Shown here: positions 20,479 to 30,267 of the stretch, piece by piece
How positions within the stretch are numbered: position 1 is the stretch's first letter
Layout of the letters: every line of letters starts with the position of its first letter
Assembly: GCA_963755855.1 (NCBI GenBank)
Contig: CAVWLR010000007.1
Coordinates: 62,984-126,983, forward strand
DNA length: 64,000 bases
Reading direction: 5' to 3'
From: an uncultured Actinomycetes bacterium
Lineage (GTDB): Bacteria > Actinomycetota > Acidimicrobiia > IMCC26256 > DASPTH01
The notes under the pieces: generated by a model
What the model was told of the DNA's origin: nothing
The model's input: only the letters and a program-made list of their open reading frames with translations
Database searches by the model: none
Translations under genes and position numbers: made by a program

Positions 20479-20482
20479 CCCC

Positions 20483-22072
20483 GTGACCACCCACACCCCA
20501 CTGCCGGAGACCATCCCGGGAGTCGTGCACCGGGGAGCCGACCTCTGGCCCACCGACGAGGCCATCGTCGACCGCGGCACCCGCCTCACGTTCACCCAGC
20601 TCGACGCCGCCGTGCGTGAAGCGGCCAAGGCGTTCGTGGCCTCGGGCCTGGAACCGGGCGAGCGGGCGTCGGTGTGGGCGCCGAACCTCCACCAGTGGAT
20701 CGTCGCCGCGCTGGGCCTCTACGCCGCCGGCGGCGTGCTCGTGCCGCTGAACACCCGTTTCAAGGGCGCCGAGGCCGCGCACGTGCTGCGCACCTCGGGC
20801 GCGCGCTTCCTGTTCACCGTCACCGACTTCCTCGACACGAACTACGTCGAGCTCCTCGACGGCGCCGGCGCGCGCGACCTGGTCGAGGAGATCGTCATCG
20901 TCGAGGGCTCGACGCCCGAGGGAACCGTGAGCTGGTCCGACTTCCTCGCACGCGGCGTCGACGTCCCCGACGCCGAGATCGACGCGCGCGAGGCGGCGCT
21001 GACCGGCGACACGATGTGCGACATCATCTTCACGTCGGGCACCACCGGCGCGCCGAAGGGCGCGATGCTGCGGCACGGCGCCAGCGTGCGCCTGTACGAC
21101 GCGTGGTCGGACGTCGTGGGGTTGCGTCACGGCGACCGCTACCTCCTCATCTATCCCCTGTTCCACACCGCGGGGCTGAAGTCGGGGCTGCTGGCGTCAC
21201 TGCTGAAGGGCACGACGCTGCTCCCCCACCTCGTGTTCGATCCGGCGACCGTGATGTCGCTGGTGCAGGCGGAGCACGTCACGATGCTGCCCGGGCCGCC
21301 GGCGATCTACCAGACCATCCTCAACACCGACGTGAGCGAGTACGACCTGTCATCGCTGCGGCTGGCCGTCACCGGTGCCGCGGTCGTCCCGGTCGAGCTG
21401 GTCGTGCGGCTGCGCGAGGAGCTCGGGTTCGACTCCGTCGTCACCGGCTACGGGCTCACCGAGACCACCGGCACCGTCGCCATGTGCCGCCACGACGACG
21501 ACCCCGAGATCATCGCCCACACGTCGGGCCGCCCGCTCGACGGCATCGAGATGAAGATCGTCGACGCCGACGGCAACGACCTGCCCACCGGCGAGCAGGG
21601 CGAGATCGTCACCCGCGGCTACCAGGTGATGATCGGGTACTTCGACAACCCCGAGGCCACCGCCGAGACCGTCGACGCCGACGGGTGGTTGCACACCGGC
21701 GACGTCGGCTTCGTCGACGAGCAGAACAACGTGACCATCACCGATCGCATCAAGGACATGTTCATCGTCGGAGGCTTCAACGCGTACCCGGCCGAGATCG
21801 AGGGGCTCATGCTCGAGCACCCCGACGTCGCGCAGGTCGCGATCGTGGGTGTGCCCGACGCGCGCATGGGCGAGGTCGGGATGGCGTTCGTCGTGCCCAC
21901 CGCCGGGCGCACCGTCGACCGCGACGAGGTGCTCGCGTGGTCGCGCGAGCACATGGCCAACTTCAAGGCGCCCCGCTACCTCGAGGTGGTCGATGCCCTC
22001 CCGCTGAACGCCAGCGGCAAGGTGCTGAAGTTCGAATTGCGGCAGCAAGGGCGCGAAATCACCCAGGGCTGA
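20483..22072 (+). CDS. Acyl-CoA synthetase (FadD3-like)
   Basis: GTG 20483, probably leaderless. Contains IIFTSGTTGAPKGA, GYGLTETTG and the C-terminal GKVLKFELR. Intact for 529 aa. Confidence 0.9.
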   Translation: MTTHTPLPETIPGVVHRGADLWPTDEAIVDRGTRLTFTQLDAAVREAAKAFVASGLEPGERASVWAPNLHQWIVAALGLYAAGGVLVPLNTRFKGAEAAHVLRTSGARFLFTVTDFLDTNYVELLDGAGARDLVEEIVIVEGSTPEGTVSWSDFLARGVDVPDAEIDAREAALTGDTMCDIIFTSGTTGAPKGAMLRHGASVRLYDAWSDVVGLRHGDRYLLIYPLFHTAGLKSGLLASLLKGTTLLPHLVFDPATVMSLVQAEHVTMLPGPPAIYQTILNTDVSEYDLSSLRLAVTGAAVVPVELVVRLREELGFDSVVTGYGLTETTGTVAMCRHDDDPEIIAHTSGRPLDGIEMKIVDADGNDLPTGEQGEIVTRGYQVMIGYFDNPEATAETVDADGWLHTGDVGFVDEQNNVTITDRIKDMFIVGGFNAYPAEIEGLMLEHPDVAQVAIVGVPDARMGEVGMAFVVPTAGRTVDRDEVLAWSREHMANFKAPRYLEVVDALPLNASGKVLKFELRQQGREITQG

Positions 22073-22148
22073 GGTCACACACCGTCCCGTACGGTGCGGC
22101 GATCCTCGAGGCGCCCGCTCGGGTGGGCGTCGGTCGACACGCACGTGC

Positions 22149-23102
22149 TCATCGGGAGCCGAGGTCGCGCTGCAACGTCGCCTTCCCGTTCGTCGCCTTG
22201 ACCGCGTCGACGATCTCCTGCTCCGCCGCGACGTCACCCATCAGGTAGCGGTTCCAGAACGCGGTGGTGGTCGTGTCGACCACAGTCGAGATCGCGCTGC
22301 GCGGGACCTCGAACGGCGGCGCGTGGCGTTCGCCGCGCAACGTCACGAACCACTTCGGCGGCGCCAGCTGTGCGTAAGCGTTCCGGCTGTGGCGGTAGCC
22401 GGTGTCGGCGTCGCCGTGCAGCAGCAGCACCGGCACGCCCTGGTTGACGTAGCGACCGGTCGGGAGCGGGTCGTGCACCCCCGACATCACGATCGCCGCC
22501 TTGATGCGCCCGTCCTCGCAACACGTGTTCGAGATGAGGGCGTAGACCGTGAGGCCGCCGAGCGACATCCCGGCCGCACCCACGCGGTTCGGATCGACGT
22601 CGAAGGCGGTGGCGCGGTCGAGCACGTCGTCGAGCACGTACGACGCGTCGGACGCCTGGAGCAGGACCTCCGATCTCAGGGCCTTGCCCTGCTCGTCCTT
22701 CTTCGTCTCCGGCAGCTCGGGTGCCACCACCACGTAGCCGGCGGCGACCCACGCGTCGAGGAGCGGCGCGAGCGAGTCGGGGGTGCCGTCGCGCCCGTGG
22801 AGCGCGAGGATCACCGGGTGCGGCGTCGTCGTCGCTGCCGTCGGCGTGCGCACCTGGGTGACGAGCACGCGGCACTTCCCGTCGACGCGGTGCGCGTACG
22901 TGTGATCGATGCGCGAGACGCCGGGCTCGGTCGTCGGCACCGGTGTGCCCGCGGCCGGTCCGTCCGTGCAGGACGTCGCGGCGGGCACGGACGCGAGCGC
23001 GGGCACCGCGGCTGCGGGCGCGCCTGCGCCGGGCAGCACCGCGACACCGATCGCGAGCAGGACGAGAGCCACCACGGCACGCACGTCCCGGACCGTAGCC
23101 AC
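22149..23102 (-). CDS. Secreted alpha/beta hydrolase (dienelactone hydrolase / PAF-acetylhydrolase-like)
   Basis: GTG 23102. Signal-like AVVALVLLAIGVAVLPGAGAPAAA, nucleophile elbow GMSLGG and LLLHGDAD. Confidence 0.7.
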   Translation of the reverse strand: MATVRDVRAVVALVLLAIGVAVLPGAGAPAAAVPALASVPAATSCTDGPAAGTPVPTTEPGVSRIDHTYAHRVDGKCRVLVTQVRTPTAATTTPHPVILALHGRDGTPDSLAPLLDAWVAAGYVVVAPELPETKKDEQGKALRSEVLLQASDASYVLDDVLDRATAFDVDPNRVGAAGMSLGGLTVYALISNTCCEDGRIKAAIVMSGVHDPLPTGRYVNQGVPVLLLHGDADTGYRHSRNAYAQLAPPKWFVTLRGERHAPPFEVPRSAISTVVDTTTTAFWNRYLMGDVAAEQEIVDAVKATNGKATLQRDLGSR

Positions 23103-23119
23103 CGAACCTGTGAACCAGA

Positions 23120-24031
23120 TCAGGGCTCCGAGAGCAGCGCCTTCGGGACGAGCGCGTCGAGCTCCGCGAGGCTCCACGGCGGGTGATCACGGTGGTCGCC
23201 GCGGTAGATCGTCCGCGCCACCTCGTAGCGGTTCCAGACGCCGACGGCACCACCCGACGCGTGGAACACCTGGCCGGTCACGCCGCTCGCCTCGTCGGTG
23301 CAGAGCCACGCCACGATCGGCGCCACGTAGTCGGGTGGCGGCGTGTTCACGTAGGACTCCCAGTCGGCGTCGGAGATCAGCTCGTCGGCGCGGAGCTGCT
23401 CGAACATCGGCCGCGTCACCGCGTGCAGCCGGGTCGCGCCGCCGGGCGAGAGGCAATTGGCGGTCACGCCCGCGCTCTCGTGCTCGAACGCGAGCGCGCG
23501 CGTCATCGAGATGACGCCACCCATCGCAGCGGCGAAGATCGGCTGGCCCAGCAGTCCGGTCGCGCCGTGCGACGTCGTCGTGACGAGCCGTCCCCAGCCG
23601 CGCTCGATCATGCCGGGGAGCGCGGCGCGCGCGAGCCAGAACTTCTGGTGCAGGAACAGCGCCATGAACCGCTGGTAGGTCTCGTCGTCGGCGGCCAAGG
23701 TGCCGTCGATGATGGCGCCCGCGCAGCCGACGACGATGTCGAGCTTGCCGTACTCGTCGATCGCGGTCTGCACGGCAGCGGCGCATCCGGCGGCTTCCGC
23801 CACCGAGTCGTAGTTCGCGATGGCGGTCCCACCGGCGTCGCGGATGGCGGCGACGGTCGAGTCGGCGGCGGCCGAGCTCCGGCCCTGCGCGAACTCGTCG
23901 GTCCCGAGGTCGTTGACGACGACCGCCGCACCGTGGCGGCCCAGTGCTTCCGCGCACGCCTGGCCGATGCCGTTCCCGGCGCCGGTGACGAGCGCGACCC
24001 TCCCGTGCAGTCGATCTGAGCTGTCGGTCAT
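23120..24031 (-). CDS. SDR-like protein lacking the catalytic Tyr/Lys (FxxxM in place of YxxxK)
   Basis: Contains VTGAGNGIGQA and VVVNDLG. Where paralog 19473-20396 has GYATAKAAI, this protein has IFAAAMGGV. Confidence 0.8.
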   Translation of the reverse strand: MTDSSDRLHGRVALVTGAGNGIGQACAEALGRHGAAVVVNDLGTDEFAQGRSSAAADSTVAAIRDAGGTAIANYDSVAEAAGCAAAVQTAIDEYGKLDIVVGCAGAIIDGTLAADDETYQRFMALFLHQKFWLARAALPGMIERGWGRLVTTTSHGATGLLGQPIFAAAMGGVISMTRALAFEHESAGVTANCLSPGGATRLHAVTRPMFEQLRADELISDADWESYVNTPPPDYVAPIVAWLCTDEASGVTGQVFHASGGAVGVWNRYEVARTIYRGDHRDHPPWSLAELDALVPKALLSEP

Positions 24032-24049
24032 GGCGCGCAGCGTACGGCG

Positions 24050-24295
24050 ATGATCCCGTACCCTGCCGAGGTGCCACCGCTCCTGTTCGTCGTGATCGCC
24101 ATCGGCGGCGTGACCATGATGCTGCTCTGGGTGGGCGCGCTGGTCGACGCCGTCCAGCACGACGACCGCGAGTTCGACGAGATCGGGCGCGACAAGCGAC
24201 CCACCGTGATGCTGATCCTGTTCACCTGGGGCTTCGGCGGCATCTGGTACTGGCTGCGCGTGCGGCCCGGGCTGGTGGAGCTCCGCCGGCGCTGA
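24050..24295 (+). CDS. Small membrane protein, PLDc_N-like
   Basis: 81-aa ORF with two TM helices flanking ...WVGALVDAVQHDDREF.... The family call is from memory. GTG 24071 is an alternative start. Confidence 0.5.
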   Translation: MIPYPAEVPPLLFVVIAIGGVTMMLLWVGALVDAVQHDDREFDEIGRDKRPTVMLILFTWGFGGIWYWLRVRPGLVELRRR

Positions 24296-24313
24296 TCGCC
24301 CGGCCCCTCGGGA

Positions 24314-24604
24314 TCAGCTCTCGACGATCTCGCTGGTCTGCATCACCGGCTGGATGTCGGTGTAGTTGGCGACGTCGGCCATGATCGCACCGGTGCCCTC
24401 GGCGCTCATCGCCTCGCCGATGGCGTCGGTCGACGGGAAGATGAAGTGCACCGCGGCCTCGTACGGGCCGTTGACGCCCTTGTCGATCTCGACCCGCTCC
24501 ACACCCCACGTCGACACGGCCAGCGGCACGTGCTTGTCGCGGTAGTAGTCGTGGTCGAACTTCGCACCTTCGGTCTTCGGGTACAGGACGCTGAGTCGAA
24601 TCAT
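24314..24604 (-). CDS. EthD-domain protein
   Basis: MIRLSVLYPKTEGAKFDHDYYRDKHVPL... is typical of the EthD/TIGR02118 family. ATG 24604. Confidence 0.7.
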   Translation of the reverse strand: MIRLSVLYPKTEGAKFDHDYYRDKHVPLAVSTWGVERVEIDKGVNGPYEAAVHFIFPSTDAIGEAMSAEGTGAIMADVANYTDIQPVMQTSEIVES

Positions 24605-24677
24605 GGGCGCAGTCTGGCATGACTCCCCGACGGGGGCATCTCGACCGAGACCGGGTGGGACGCCGTAGATTGAGGGG

Positions 24678-25046
24678 ATGGCTCGGCTGGCCGATCGCAT
24701 CCGGGACGCGTTCGACGAGCAGGATCTCGACCGTCTCCAGGCGCTCCTCGCCCCCGATGCGACGTGGGGTGACGACCCGGCCGGCGAGTCGTTCTGCCAC
24801 GACCGCAACGACATCGTCGGCCGGTTCCGACAGCTGCTCACCGAGGGCGTGGAGGCCACCGTGGTGGGGACCACGACCGGCCCGCGTGGCATCGCCGTCG
24901 AGCTCCACGTCGACTGGCCCGCGCCCGAGGACCAGCGTCCCGAGTTGCAGACGGTGCACCTGGCCTTCATGGTCAGCGACGGGCTCATCACCGCGATCCA
25001 CGGCCAGGACGACGAGGAATCGGCACTGGTCGCGATCTCCGGCTGA
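24678..25046 (+). CDS. SnoaL/NTF2-like fold protein
   Basis: 122-aa intact ORF with the pattern ...DLDRLQALLAPDATW... and the size typical of SnoaL_2/DUF4440. Confidence 0.55.
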   Translation: MARLADRIRDAFDEQDLDRLQALLAPDATWGDDPAGESFCHDRNDIVGRFRQLLTEGVEATVVGTTTGPRGIAVELHVDWPAPEDQRPELQTVHLAFMVSDGLITAIHGQDDEESALVAISG

Positions 25047-25113
25047 ATCACATCTCACGGCGGCGGAGATGACCCCTTGCACCCGCGCTCGGGGTCTCCG
25101 TACCATCGAATGT

Positions 25114-26317
25114 ATGTTCGCCCCTGCGACCGATCGGCCCGACTTCGGCACCTGGTCCGACGCCGCGCTGTGCCGTGAGATCGAGGCGCGCGACGGCGGC
25201 GGTCGAGCGGGCGCAGGCCGAGCTCGCGCACCTCACCGGGGTGTGGTTGGCCCGTCAGGCGTGGCGCTCCGAGAGCGCGCTGTCGGCCACCGGGTGGTTG
25301 GCGCAGCACACACCGATGACCCGTGCGTCGGCGGCGAAGATGTGTGCCACCGCTCGGCTGGTGCACGCGCACGAGCAGACCGCGAAGGCACTCGACGTCG
25401 GCGACGTCACGGTTGCGCACGTCGAGGTGCTCGCGGTCGCGACCCGGCACCGCGACGCGCTGTACCCGGAGCACGAGCACACGCTGCTCGATATCGCGAA
25501 GACCTTGACCCCCGACGACTTCGGGACCGCGGCGCGGGAGTGGCGGGAGCTGGCCGACGACGAGCTGGGGGCCAGCGATGCCGCGGCCGCCCACGCCGCC
25601 CGCTTCCTCCACGTCTCCCCCACGCTCGGCGGTGGACGCATGGATGGCTTCGTCGGTCCGGACGCCATCGCCACGGTGATCCGCACCTTCGACAAGCTGG
25701 TGCCACCCGACCCGGCCGGATCGCCCGACCCGCGCCCGAAGTCGGTGCGCCACGCCGATGCGCTGGTGATGCTCTGCGAGCAGTGGCTCGCGGCTCCCGA
25801 GCGGGCTGGCGCGGTCGACACCACGTTCGGCGTGGTCGTCGACGTCGGTCTCCTCGGAGAGCTCGGTGTCGACGCGTGGCAGGGCCGGTGCGAGCTCCGC
25901 GACTACGGCCCGATCGGCCGTGCCCTCATGGAGCGACTCGCCTGCGACGCGCGGGTGGCGCGCGTCGTGACCGCGGGCAGGTCGCGGGTGCTCGACCTCG
26001 GTCGCCTGACCCCGGTGGTCAGCGATGCACTCCGCACCGCGGTGAAGGTGCGCGATCGCCACTGTCAGCACCCCGGGTGCCGGGCGCCCGCCAAGTGGTG
26101 CGACACGCACCACATCGTGCACTGGACCCGGGGCGGGCCCACGGACATGGACAACCTCGTACTGCTGTGCCGGCGCCACCACGTCGACCACCACGAGGGC
26201 GGCTGGCGCATCAGCCGGGCCGCCGACGGCACGATCGTCGCCACGCCTTCGGTCACGCAGCCCTGGTCACGGCGCCGACGACGACGGCGACGCGTCGACG
26301 ATCCGGATCGGTGGTGA
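25114..26317 (+). pseudogene. DUF222 / HNH endonuclease (13E12-repeat-type selfish gene), one frame break near 25185
   Basis: HNH core HCQHPGCRAPAKWCDTHHIVHWTRGGPTDMDNLVLLCRRHHVDHH. The N-terminal MFAPATDRPDFGTWSDAALCREIEA is in a different frame from the rest. Confidence 0.8.
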
Positions 26318-26357
26318 AGGCCGGTGGTCAGAGCCGGTGGTGAGTCAGGTGGTGCGG
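26309..26357. repeat. Four tandem GGTGGT(G/C)A-core units (period 13, 13, 12) spanning two convergent stop codons
   Basis: CGGTGGTGAAGG / CCGGTGGTCAGAG / CCGGTGGTGAGTCA / GGTGGTGCGG. The HNH TGA at 26315-26317 and the minus-strand synthetase stop at 26345-26347 both lie inside units. Confidence 0.75.
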
Positions 26358-27836
26358 GCGGCGCGGGCGACGAGCTCGCGCAAGAGCACCTTGCCCACCT
26401 CGTTGCGCGGGAGCGCGTCGAGGGGCTCGAAGCGCACCGGCACCTTGTACGGCGCCAGGTGCTCGCGACACAGCGCGTCGAGCGCCGCGATCATGGTGTC
26501 GTCGACCGACGCACCGGCGCGGGGCACCACGAACGCCCACGGGACCTCGCCCAGGCGGTCGTCGGGGATGCCGGCGACCGCGCACTCGGCCACGTCGGGC
26601 GAGAGCCGGATCACCTCGGCGACCTCTTCGGGGAAGACCTTGAGGCCGCCGCGGTTGATCATGTCCGACACGCGGCCCTCGATCCAGAGGAAGCCCTCGT
26701 CGTCGATGCGGCCGAGGTCGCCGGTGTGGAACCACCCGTCGACCAGGCGACCGTCCATGGAGTCGCCGGATGCGGCGCGTGCGTCGATCATCGGCGTGCG
26801 CACGAGGATCTCCTGCAGGTCGTCGCTGATGCGCAGCTGCACGTTCTCGTGCGCGCGACCCACCGCGCCGATGTGGGTGTCGCCGAACTCCTTGGCGTCC
26901 TGCGCGCTCCAGCCGACGATCTCGCCGCCGATCTCGGTCTGGCCCCACCCGTTGAGCACGAACACACCGAAGCGGTCACGGAAGCGCCGCGCCTGGAGCG
27001 GCGACAGCGGTGCGGTGATGCTGCGCACGTACTTGAGGGGCGCGAGCGAGGTGAGCGACTCGTCGTCGGCGAGCATGGTCATCGCCGCCGGCGGCAGCAC
27101 GGTGGAGCGGAGCTGGAAGCGCTCCACGAAGCCGGCGAACGCCTGCGTGTCGAACCGGTCCATGATGATCACCGCGGCGCCGGCCCGGAAGGCGAAGATC
27201 ACGTTGTAGATCCCGGCCCACAGCGACAGCGACGTGGGGATCAGGTTCGGCATCGGCGCCTTGTTCCGGGGAGGAGGCTTCGGGGCACCGCCGCCCGAAC
27301 CACCCCGCAGCGTGCCGAGGACGCCGTCGATGAGCCCGAGCACGTTGTCGTGCACCAGGGGCACCGGCTTGGGTCGCCCGGTGGTGCCGGACGTGAACGA
27401 GATCGCGGCGACGCCCGCGGGCGACGTCGGCGCGTCGGCGTCGAGCGGCGCGGGCGCATCCCACGTGCCGTCACCGGTCGCCAGCACGCACCGGCACCTC
27501 GGTGACGCGGGCCGCGTCGTCGGGGCGGGTGAGGATCGCGGCCGGACGATCGGCCTCGATCACGTGCGCGAGCTCGTCGGCGGAGAGGCGCGGGTTGAGC
27601 GGCACGTACACGCCGCCTGCGAACCAGATGCCGAACAGCGCGGCCACGATGTCGGGCCCGTTCGGGAGCATCACGCCCACGGCCTGCCCCGGTCGCAGTC
27701 CCCGGTCGCGCAGCAGCGCGCTCAGCGCCTCGGCGCGTGCACGCAGGTCGGCCCGGGTGACCTCGTCGGTGGTCGTGTAGACCGCGACCGTGGTGGCGTC
27801 GTCGTCCCGGGGATCGAGGACGTCGGCCAGATTCAT
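26345..27836 (-). pseudogene. Acyl-CoA synthetase (AMP-binding), one frame break near 27480
   Basis: The N-terminus MNLADVLDPRDDDATTVAVYTTTDEVTRADL... (ORF 27471..27980 frame) joins ...ISFTSGTTGRPKPV...GWGQTE...GKVLLRELV (ORF 26345..27487). Confidence 0.85.
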
Positions 27837-27846
27837 TGGGCGGGCG

Positions 27847-28647
27847 TCATGGGGCCCAGTTGGGTTCGCGCTTCTCCGCGAACGCGAGCGGGCCCTCGGT
27901 CTGGTCGGGGTGACCCCACATGTCGACCAGCTGCTGGGCGCCGGCGCGGCACCCGTCGGTGAGGCCGTACTCGAGCGCACCCCACAGCGCCTTCTTGGTG
28001 GCGCGCATCGCCGCCGGCGAGTTCTTGGCGATGGTCTCCGCCAGCTCCTGCGCGACCTCGCGCAGCTTCTCGGGCGGATCGACGATCTGCGAGATCATCC
28101 CGAGCTCGTAGGCGCGCTCGGCGTTCATGCGCTCGTAGCGTCCGACCAGCGCCATGCGCATCACCGCCTCGAACGGCATCTTGCGCAGCAGCGCGATCGC
28201 CTCGATCGCGACCACCTGCCCCACCGACGTGTGCGGATCGAAGAACTGCGCGTCGCTCGCGGCGATCACGATGTCGGCCTCGGCCACCCAGTGGAACGCA
28301 CCGCCGGCGCAGATGCCGTTGATCGCGGTGATCACCGGCTTCTGCACGCCCTGCTGCCAGGCGGTGAAGTGCAGGTCCCAGTTCTCGACCGACTCGCGGT
28401 AGCGCTCCATGCCCTGACCGTCGGTGGCGAGCTCCTGCACGTCGACGCCGGTCTGGAACGCTCGTCCCTCGCCGGTGTGCACGATCACCTTCACCTCGGG
28501 ATCGGCGTCGAGCTCCAACCACGCGTCGCCGAACTCGTCGCGCATGTGGCTGCTCATGGCGTTGAGCTGCTCGGGCCGGTTGTTGATCAGCCAGCCCACC
28601 GGACCGTGGCGCTCCACGATCAACGTGTCGAACTTCGAGAACGTCAC
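27847..28647 (-). CDS. Enoyl-CoA hydratase/isomerase (tandem paralog A)
   Basis: GTG 28647 lies after GGAGGA. Contains VIVHTGEGRAFQTGVDV and AINGICAGGAFH. Intact. Confidence 0.85.
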   Translation of the reverse strand: MTFSKFDTLIVERHGPVGWLINNRPEQLNAMSSHMRDEFGDAWLELDADPEVKVIVHTGEGRAFQTGVDVQELATDGQGMERYRESVENWDLHFTAWQQGVQKPVITAINGICAGGAFHWVAEADIVIAASDAQFFDPHTSVGQVVAIEAIALLRKMPFEAVMRMALVGRYERMNAERAYELGMISQIVDPPEKLREVAQELAETIAKNSPAAMRATKKALWGALEYGLTDGCRAGAQQLVDMWGHPDQTEGPLAFAEKREPNWAP

Positions 28648-29446
28648 GATTCCTCCACGGTGTCTCCCATCGAGCCGGTCGCTTCTCGGAGAACGCGAGC
28701 GGACCTTCGGTCTGGTCGGGGTGGCCCCACATGTCGACGAGCTCCTGCGCGCCGGCGCGGCAGGCGTCGGTGAGACCGTGCTCGAGCGCACCCCACAGCG
28801 CCTTCTTGGTGGCGCGCATCGCAGCCGGCGAGTTCTTGGCGACGGTCTCGGCCAGCTCCTGCGCCGCGTCGCGCAGTCCGTCGGGCGGGTCGACGATCTG
28901 CGAGATCATCCCCAGCTGCCGGGCGCGCGTCGCGGGCATCCGCTCGGATCGACCGACCAACGCCATGCGCATGATCGGCTCGAACGCCATCTTGTGCGAG
29001 AGCCCGACGCCTTCGTACGACATCGCCTGCCCGAGCGACACGTGGGTGTCGAAGAAGGTGGCGTCGCTCGCCGCGATCACGATGTCGGCATCGGCGACGA
29101 AGTGGAGTCCCCCGCCGGCGCAGCTGCCGTTGACCGCCGCGATCACCGGCGTCCACACCTGGTTGTGCCACGCGGTGAAGCGCAGCTCGGCGTCGCGCGT
29201 GCGGCGCGACTGCTCGGTCATCGCCTCCTTGTCGCGGCTCAGCGCGGCGACGTCGAGGCCGGTCTGGAAGTTGCGGCCGTTCCCGGTGTTCACGATGACG
29301 CGCACCGCGGGGTCGTCGTCGAGCTCCCGCCACGCCTCCTCGAGCTCGGTCATCATCCGGGCGTCCATCGCGTTGCCGACGTCGGGGCGGTCGAAGATCA
29401 GCCAGCCCACCGGCCCCTGGCGCTCGACGACGAGGCGCTCGTACAT
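28644..29446 (-). pseudogene. Enoyl-CoA hydratase/isomerase (tandem paralog B), one frame break near 28685
   Basis: Starts MYERLVVERQGPVGWLIFDRP. Contains VIVNTGNGRNFQTGLDV. A shift just before the end is needed to reach a TGA overlapping the next GTG (GTGA at 28644-28647). Confidence 0.8.
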
Positions 29447-30267
29447 CAGCGGCCGCCGAACTCGGGCGTCCGCTTCTCGCCGAACGCGCTGCAGACCCTC
29501 GCGGAAGTCCTCGCTCCGCGACGACAGCTCCATGGCGAACGCCTCGTTGCGCAGGTGCTCGTCGAGCGGGGACGTCGCGCCGGTGTGGAGCAGCCACTTG
29601 GCCAGGCCCAGCGCCACCGTCGCGCTCTTCGCCAGGGTGGTCACGAGCTCCGCGGCGGTGGCGTCGACCTCGGCCGCCGGCACCGCGCGGTGGATCATCT
29701 GCCACTCGGCCGCTTCCCGACCGTCGACCACCCGGCCGAGGTGGATCATCTCGCGGGCCCGCATCTCGCCGATGCGGCGCGGCAGCAGCCACGTGTTGCC
29801 GCTGTCGGGCGTGAAGCCGCGGTCGACGAACGGCGCCCAGAAGCGCGAGTCGTCGGCCGCGACGGTGAAGTCGGCGGCCAGCGGCGAGGTTGAGCCCGAT
29901 GCCGGCGGCCCAGCCCCGCACCGCGCACACGACCGGGAGCTGCACCGTGCACAGCAGCGGGACCAACCGGTGGGCCTGGGACGGGAGCCGGCGCTGGATG
30001 CTGCCGACGCGGGGCTTGTGCCCGGTCTCCTTGGCCTCCTGGTTGCGCGCCACCCAGTCGAAGCCGGAGCAGAAGTGCTCGCCCGTCGCTCGTGAGCAGG
30101 ATCGCCCGCACGGCTTCGTCGCGCCCGGCGAGGTCGACGGCGTCGATGGCGGCGTAGACCATGGTGTCGTTCAGCGCGTTGCGCTTGTCGGGGCGGGCCA
30201 GGCGCAGCGTGAGCACGCCCTCGGCCAGCTCGATGTCGAGACCGTCGACCGACTCGTACGGACTCAT
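29446..30267 (-). pseudogene. Enoyl-CoA hydratase/isomerase, frame broken 3 times
   Basis: MSPYESVDGLDIELAEGVLTLRLARPDKRNAL... then ...VVCAVRGWAAGIGLNLA... then ...SEDFREGLQ(A)FGEKRTPEFGGR. Breaks near 30085, 29885 and 29490. TGA overlaps the next ATG. Confidence 0.75.

Noticed and set aside
20397-20482. KstR or KstR2 operators in the catabolic promoter regions (also 31545-31616, 33209-33269, 52152-52228)
   Set aside because: No match to TnnAACnnGTTnnA or AnCAAGnnCTTGnT. The palindromes actually present are different (GATTGTATATTC, GTATAC, TTAAC-n6-GTTAA).
24619-26343. 574-aa plus-strand ORF spanning the SnoaL-like gene and the HNH gene
   Set aside because: Only its short stretch MFAPATDRPDFGTWSDAALCREIEA is meaningful, as the HNH N-terminus. 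The rest is an off-frame Arg/Pro/Gly-rich read-through.
27833-30053. 643-aa and 469-aa minus-strand ORFs (27833..29764, 28644..30053) as single large genes
   Set aside because: They are chimeras. Each strings together in-frame pieces of three separate crotonase genes with off-frame filler. The true gene boundaries are marked by ATGA/GTGA overlaps and SD sequences.
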